Source: Octopus sinensis (taxonomy: Eukaryota). From it: a DNA stretch of 29,483 nucleotides. Position numbers and translations under genes: made by a program. The notes under the pieces are model-generated. The model had not been told where the DNA came from and ran no database searches. It saw only the letters and a list, made by a program, of their open reading frames with translations. Location of the stretch: the NCBI RefSeq assembly GCF_006345805.1, contig NW_021827571.1, positions 1 to 29,483 on the forward strand, read 5' to 3'. This document shows positions 22,400 through 29,483 of the stretch, in pieces (position 1 is the first letter of the stretch; each line of letters begins with the position of its first letter).

Positions 22400-23599
22400 A
22401 ACAGTCTAAACAAGAGATGTGGTCGACCCGACCCCATGGTGAAGCATAAACGCACACAGTGCCATCATATCGTGTTATCGACCCCGGAACTTTGGGACTT
22501 GCGAAACGATCTTCTTATCTACACGACCTTATTTGTTTGAATTGCATATATTTAAATCAAATTCCCAATATTAGTATATGAGTATAAGCACGACTGCATT
22601 GATATTGGTAGTAGTTTTGGTGGTTGTAATGGGGCTGGGAGCAAAAGTAAGGATAATGATGATGAAAACATACTGTGTTGAATTTATGATTTAGGTGAGT
22701 GGTAATAAAAGGTGAGGTGTAAGATAGTGTTATGGTGTGCCTATTTTTTTACGTTGACTACGAATGTTACTTATGTAAGTACCCGATTGCTATTTTCCGT
22801 CTGTGCTGTATGCATATTTTTAAGTATATTTGTATGTATATATGAATCTACGTATGTATGTGTATATGTTTCTGTATACAAGTATGTACAAGTGTATATG
22901 CTCCTGTGTATATATGTTTACTTGCGTGCATAATACTCTCTCTCTCCCTCTCTCAACATGCTTCTCTGTATATGTGTGTGTGTGTGCGTGCGTGTGTGTG
23001 TGTGTGCGTGCGTGTGTGTGTGCGTGCGTGTGTGTGTGTATTATGTAAGTTTGTATGTATGTATGTCTCGATATCTATATTTATCTCTCACTATATAAAT
23101 ATATATAGAGAGAGAGGAAGAGAGAGGGAGCGAATGAGAGAGAGAAAGAGAAAGTGAGGGAAAAAGAGAGACAGATAAATATAGATATATAGATATATAC
23201 ATACATATATGCACACGTACTCGCTTACACACATTTATATACTTATATTTATATATCTGTGTATATAATATGCATGTGTGTGTGTTTCACCCTCTTACTT
23301 TCACTTCCTTGTCAAGCATTCACTCAGTTACTGCACATATTCTATTATCTAATTATATATATTGGTCGTACTCCTTACCAACCGACCTACCTACCAACAT
23401 ACTAAGCTATCTACTTACCTACCAACATTTCAATCTACCCCTTACCCACTACTCCAGTCACTGTTTCTTTCTATACATACATACACTTATACATAAACAT
23501 ACATAAATACATACATAAATACATACAAACATACATATATATATATATATATATATAATATATATATATATATATACAGAGAGAGAGGGGGTAGACAGA

Positions 23600-23663
<64 letters not shown>

Positions 23664-23699
23664 CACGTATGTATGTATATATATATATATCTGACGGTC

Positions 23700-23758
<59 letters not shown>

Positions 23759-23871
23759 AGACAAATATACATATATATATATATGTATGTATATATATAT
23801 ATATGTATATATATATATGTTTGTATGTATGTATGCATATATATATATATATATTTGTGTAAGCGTGTGTA

Positions 23872-23915
<44 letters not shown>

Positions 23916-23998
23916 CAAAATGTATGTCTGTATATATGTATGTATGGGTGCCTGTCTATTTGTCTATGCGGCTATCAGAACGCCTATATGTATGTATG

Positions 23999-24032
<34 letters not shown>

Positions 24033-24179
24033 TGTATATGTATGTATGTATATAAGTATGTATTTGTATATGAATTTATGTGTATATGTATATATAATTG
24101 TATATATGTTTGTATATCTGCCAGCAACCCCTATCTAACTGAACAGCTTCTCTTGACTTCAACACCTAACCACGCTCAC

Positions 24180-24197
24180 CATATTTCAATGTAACCT
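24180..24197 (-). CDS. Possible 18-nt upstream micro-exon: (x)VTLKY(V)
   Basis: Strong donor tatg|gtgagc at 24179, weak acceptor ctgctatttcaatag|. Ends in phase 1 (G|TG=Val), compatible with exon 22234-22264. Speculative. Confidence 0.2.
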
Positions 24198-24984
24198 CTA
24201 TTGAAATAGCAGGCTTCAGTGATTATCATTGTCTTGTTAGCAACTCGTCTTTTGATAAATTTCACAGGTTTTGTTGTCACTTCAAAATTACATTCAATAT
24301 GGCGCCCATAATTGAAAAAAATATATATATAATAATAATAATAAACTTTACAAGTTATGTTTACTTGTTCTGCAGACGAATGTCCGATATGTATGAGCGT
24401 ATATGTTCGTCTATATGTGTATTCTCGTCTATTTATAATTTTGAATAAGTATTCTAGTGTAACATGTCGTTGGTTTTTTTACAATCTAAACTAGACTGCA
24501 AAATAAACAATATTTAATATAAATGACACATCATAAATAGAAAAGATTTTCTTTTTTTTATTTCAAAATATTAAATTCTATTTCTTTTCATTTATTCATT
24601 CAAAATACTAATAATTTATTTATTTATTTATTTTAATTTCCGTTTTATTTATTCTCCTTGTTGGTTACCCTTTTCATTATTTTGTTTTGTTAAAATGTTT
24701 GAAAAATTTTCGGTAAAGATTTTTAACTTTCTGTTGCAAACTTTAGGCTTGAAATGAGAACTTTATAGTCAATATTGATTTTTGACTATGGTACACTTGC
24801 TTCAGATAATAGGTTTGGATTTTGCTTTTATGTACAGTAAATTAAATTAAACTTTAGTACTTATATGTTGTTTCTTTGTTATTGTTGTTCTTGTTCTTGT
24901 TCTTGTTGTATACCACCATACCATTCCTAATCGAGCAGGTCTATTATCAAAGACATTCCAGCCATGTCCATCGTATACTCCTTT

Positions 24985-25453
24985 ACTCTTTTACTCTTTT
25001 ACTCTTTTACTTGTTTCAGTCATTTGACTGCGGCCATGCTAGAGCACCGCTTTCAGTCGAGCAAAGGACTTATTCTTAGTAAACCTAGTACTTATTATAT
25101 CGGTCGCTTTTGCCGAACCGCTAAGTTACGGGGATGTAAACACACCAACATCGGTTGTCAAGAGATGTTGGGGCGACAAACATCGACACACAAACATATA
25201 TACACACATACATATATACATACATACATATATATATTGTTTGTTCTTTCTCGAGCCATGTCTGGCTCATTAGGGAAAGAGTGAGAGAAAGTTGTGGCGA
25301 AAGAGTCAGCAGACGGTCGCCACTACATTCTGCCGGAACCGCGTGGAGCTTAGGCGTTTCGCTCATAAACACACACATCGCCCGGTCTGAGATTCGAACC
25401 CGCGATCCTCGATCGCGAGTGCGCTGCTCTAACCACTAGGTCATGTGCCTCCT

Positions 25454-25487
<34 letters not shown>

Positions 25488-25642
25488 CGACGAGCTTCTT
25501 TCAGTTTCCGTCTACCAAATCCACTCAAAAGGCTTTGGTCGGCCTGAGGCTATAGTAGAAGACACTTGCCCAAGGTGCCACGCAGTGAGATTGAACCCGG
25601 AACCATGTGGTTGGTTAGCAAGCTACTTACCACACAGCCACT
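24985..25642 (-). mobile_element. Full-length SINE family B with a nested insertion
   Basis: Head agtggctgtgtggtaagtagcttgct...ggttccgggttcaatc; tail ...actgaaacaagtaaaagagtaaaagag with (GAGTAAAA)n repeats. Confidence 0.9.
25237..25452 (-). mobile_element. tRNA-derived SINE, family C, nested in the internal microsatellite of SINE B
   Basis: A box tagtggttagagc, B box ggttcgaatc. A TSD-like catacatatatata lies at 25223-25236 and 25454-25467 (low complexity). Confidence 0.85.
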
Positions 25643-26107
25643 TCAAACATACACATTTTATATAGCTAATTAAACCCTTTTACGTAAGTGCTTTTGTTGT
25701 TGCTCTTGTTATTGTTGTTGTTGTTTAGCTCTATAGCAGTTCTTATCGAGCAGATATATTACCAAAGACGTTCCACCCATGCTCATCCTGTATTGAAGTA
25801 CACTATACGCTGGGTTCAACATCAGTAGTTCACAACCGTTTTGCTCTAACATACATTTTGATCTTTGAAACCAAACAAATACCCTGCAGTACACCAGATA
25901 TTTTTCTCCCAATATTCTCTACTAATCTTCGATATAAAGCATAGATATGAAGTTTCAAATATAGTCAAAATGAATCCCTCACATGTGCATTACAGCCCCT
26001 TTGAAAAACACTGGCCAACATCATCCTATGTCTTCTTCTTTCATTAAGTCACCTGATTATGCTTGCATGGCAATTTACTTTTGATGTCCAGCCTTTGTTT
26101 TTTGTTG

Positions 26108-26174
<67 letters not shown>

Positions 26175-26186
26175 CATATATATATA

Positions 26187-26546
26187 GTGGAGGCGCAATG
26201 GTCCAGTGATGAGGGCACCGGACTCGCGGTTTCGATTTCCCGAGCTGGCGTTGTGAGTGTTTATTGAGCGAAAACACATAAAGCGCGACGAGGTACCGGC
26301 AGGGAGTGGTGGCGAACCCTATTGTATTCTTTTACCACAACTTTCTCTCACTCTTTCTTCCTGTTTCTGTTGTACCTGTATTTCAAAGATCCAGCCTTTT
26401 CACACTCTGTGTCACGCTGAATCTCACCAAGAATTACGTTAAAGGTACACGTGTCTGTGGAGTGCTCAGCACGGTAATTTCCCGAGCAAACTGCTCCGTT
26501 GATCGGATCAACTGGAACCCTCGTCGTCGTAACCGCTGGAGTGCCA
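26187..26546 (+). mobile_element. tRNA-derived SINE, family D (same head/core as C, different tail)
   Basis: ggaggcgcaatggtccagtg...ttcgatttcc...gtgtttattgagcgaaa...ccacaactttctctcactcttt, then a different 3' part ending actggaaccctcgtcgtcgtaacc. Confidence 0.8.
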
Positions 26547-26601
26547 CTTATATATTTGTGTGTGCGTGTGTGTGTGTGTATGTATATACATAAATGTACG
26601 C

Positions 26602-26638
<37 letters not shown>

Positions 26639-26666
26639 TACATATATTTGTTTATATATTTATAAG

Positions 26667-26715
<49 letters not shown>

Positions 26716-26754
26716 TATATATATATATATATACATACATACATACATACATAC

Positions 26755-27435
26755 ATACACACAAATTGCGAGAGATATTTGAGAATATATTTGGTAATTT
26801 AATAAAGCAAACACCATCTTGGAAAACCCAAACGTATTTTAATAAAGGTATGCACACATATTCCCGACGAACTTTCTTAAAAAATTATTCTATAAATCCG
26901 CCTTCGATGATTGAGACAATGCGGTTTCATGATAATTTAAAATCAATGGACCTTATTCGTTGCGGACATCACCTGGACAATGATGATCTTCAGTGAAGGT
27001 ATAGTATTGTAAGGATAACGATTAGTCTACCATTCGACATGCTTCAAGCGTAGTAGTCCATGTTTTTTTTATATCTGGCGTTTTCGGAGACCACAAGACT
27101 GGTATTATCATAATGATCGTCTGGCAAATATTCTTGAATTACGTGGCTTCTATGAAGAGGTACTGCGTCTTGTTGAAACATGTACAGATTTCCAGAGTGT
27201 AACAAATGTCTCCAGCACTTCAAGTTATTCAGCAGCATCAAATTTAAGACCCTTTTCAAAATGGTGGGTGCCACCTGAACCTTCGATAATTACCATTACT
27301 AAAAACACCCCGGCTGATAGTAACCTAGTGTGCACCAATCTATTAACATCAGAAGAATCTGCTTACAGCCATCTCATCTGTCATTTATGCTGTTAGACAT
27401 TTGGTCATGGTCGAAGTTTATCTCATCAGAGATGG
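26755..27435 (-). mobile_element. Decayed maT/DD37D-like Tc1/mariner, 3' portion
   Basis: Minus-strand motifs SDEINFDHDQ, RWL, FEKGLKFDAA, FQQDAVPLH, NMDYYA and IIEGGFIE* (stop 26885-26887). 36 residues lie between D2 and D3 in this degraded copy; many stops and frameshifts. Confidence 0.8.
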
Positions 27436-27479
27436 GTCATTATCATTCAAATCTATTCTATATGTATATTAATTAATTT

Positions 27480-27488
27480 ATCTTTCTT

Positions 27489-27562
<74 letters not shown>

Positions 27563-27725
27563 CATCTCTCTCTCTCTCTCCTCTCTCTCTGTATGTATGT
27601 AATATATGTATATATATGTATATGTATATGTATATGTTATATATTTGCATATATATATATACATACACACACACACACACATATATATATTTGTATATAT
27701 ATAATATATATATATATATTAATAT

Positions 27726-27762
<37 letters not shown>

Positions 27763-27880
27763 TATACATATATATATACATTATGTATATATATATCTAT
27801 ATATATATATATATAATATATATATAATATATATATATATTATATATATATATATAATATATATATATTCTATGCATATA
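27480..27880. repeat. (TATC)n, (CT)n and (TA)n microsatellite complex
   Basis: Directly visible. Confidence 0.95.
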
Positions 27881-28232
27881 TGATTGGACTGGTAAATGCT
27901 ATTATCTTTTAATAAGAATTTCCTTCATTCTTCGGTGATGGAACTGGTAACTACTATCATTTTTTGATAAAGCTGTTCCTTAATTCTTCCTCTCTGAAAA
28001 TAGTATACTTGATTTATACGAAAATATTTGCACCATATTCACAGCAATTCTAGAAACAGCTGTAGGAGACTTTATGCATTATTTCTTAATACTTAATTTA
28101 CTCTATCTTCTCTGAAATTATGTTTAAATTATAAATTACATACTTGAAAGTGATCCACATGTTTTTGTTTGTTCATTCTCTCTTTGTATTATAATATATA
28201 TATATATAATATATATATATATATATAATATA

Positions 28233-28295
28233 CTAGCTGAAGGTGACCCGCTCTACGCGCGGGTAAGAGTGTGGTATATATATATAAATGTATAC

Positions 28296-28343
<48 letters not shown>

Positions 28344-29483
28344 AATACAGATATATGCACTTTGTATATATAAAATTATTATATATACATATTTATATAA
28401 GATACACACAACATATATAATTAACCCAATAAATATCTGATTCATAATATTTGTTGTCATGATTGAGTGGTGGTTGTGGCGATGATAATTCTCTCTATGA
28501 ATGCAGACAGACGTGGAGAGTGAGAGTGTGTGAAAGCGCTGTGGAAAGCAGGGAGGGGGATAACGGACGCTGTGAAACGACGTTATAAAGAGAAAGTGAA
28601 TGTAAGGGAGGTAGACGCTGTGAAACGACGTTATAGATAGAAAGTGAAAGGAAGGGAGAAAAGTGAGTGAGTGATGGAGGAACAGATACATAAAGAATGA
28701 GAGTGTTGGATGTTTTGTTTGTTGGACCAATGTATTAAGGTAGTATTGTTTTATTGTTTTAAAACGAAAGAGGCAATGGTTTTTGTTTCAAAAATTAAAA
28801 ATCTGTTATAGTGAATGAAATTAGAATTCACACCCAGCTCAGTTTTGTAGAAAGAGTATCACGATGTGAACTCATGATTGGGAGTTTGACTGAGAGAGTT
28901 TATATGGTGACACATGCCAGTCCTTTCGACACCACCTAAACAATGGAATAGTGTATAAAATGTAATTAACAACTCATTCACTTTATGAATGTCTTATGTT
29001 AGCGAAGAAACAATAACTTGACAAAACCGTTTAATGGACGTAGAAGGAATCGGAAATGAGGAAAAAGAGAATGAGTTGGATCAAATGTTTGCAAACATCT
29101 GAACCCAATGTTCTTTATGAACCATGTTCTTTTTAATGTCATTATTTTCAAGAATGAAGAGATAATGAAGAGGTGCAAAATAAAAAATCAAGCAAAATTT
29201 CATGACTTACAATCATTTTCTTTGTCAGAGCCTCCTGATAAACCACGTTCCTTGTGCGCTCATGATTGCCAAGAATGAAGAGTTTATGTGGATTTCCAAC
29301 TCGAGAACAGCTACGTACAATTGACCATGACTGAAAACCGGTTTGTGACAGGTTAATGCCTACAATGTCCAGTGATTGTCCCTGTGACTTGTTGATTGTC
29401 ATCGCGAAGCATAGTTTTATTGGAATTGAAAGCGTTTAAACTGAATGGGAACATCAGAGGGTGAAATACTCATTTTATGTATC
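28233..29483 (-). mobile_element. 3' part of a (formerly autonomous) Helitron; continues beyond the window
   Basis: 3' CTAG|T at 28233-28236, subterminal hairpin acccgc-N7-gcgggt at 28246-28264, helicase C-terminus upstream. Confidence 0.9.
29148..29483 (-). pseudogene. Helitron RepHel PIF1-family helicase C-terminus (frameshifted)
   Basis: SDVPIQFKRFQF / IKLCFAMTINKSQGQSL (motif V) / PVFSHGQLYVA + CSRV (motif VI) / TRNVVYQEAL; motifs split across frames. Confidence 0.9.

Noticed and set aside
24376-24400. DECPICM, RING-like start after a plus-strand acceptor
   Set aside because: No further Cys/His ligands; runs into TA-rich low-complexity sequence.

Overview
AT-rich, microsatellite-dense metazoan genomic DNA with no prokaryotic features. 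The repeat families resemble those of octopod cephalopods (inference from recalled repeat sequences, not a search). Almost all ORFs in the supplied track are microsatellite artefacts. The window holds four decayed Tc1/mariner elements, two Helitrons (one with PIF1-helicase motifs V/VI), two 3' fragments of RLE-type (R4/Dong-like) LINEs abutting (AAT)n arrays, and many tRNA-derived SINEs. A likely intron-rich host gene lies on the minus strand; three small phase-compatible exons give ...PVLDIATFQLREYLEQLEIDHLAQECSGFTREKPKCVPQRAYSPY*, unidentified. The most interesting signal is that three unrelated short repeat families (my labels E, F, P; nine copies) each contain a minimal type-I hammerhead-ribozyme-like fold with a different core variant, like those known from Penelope-like element (PLE) ends. 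One has a compensatory G3:C8 swap, one sits in the tail of a tRNA-headed SINE, and that motif has been put in tandem three times by a ~825-bp triplication. There are also several long inverted repeats (candidate dsRNA) and a 118-bp locally templated inverted insertion.
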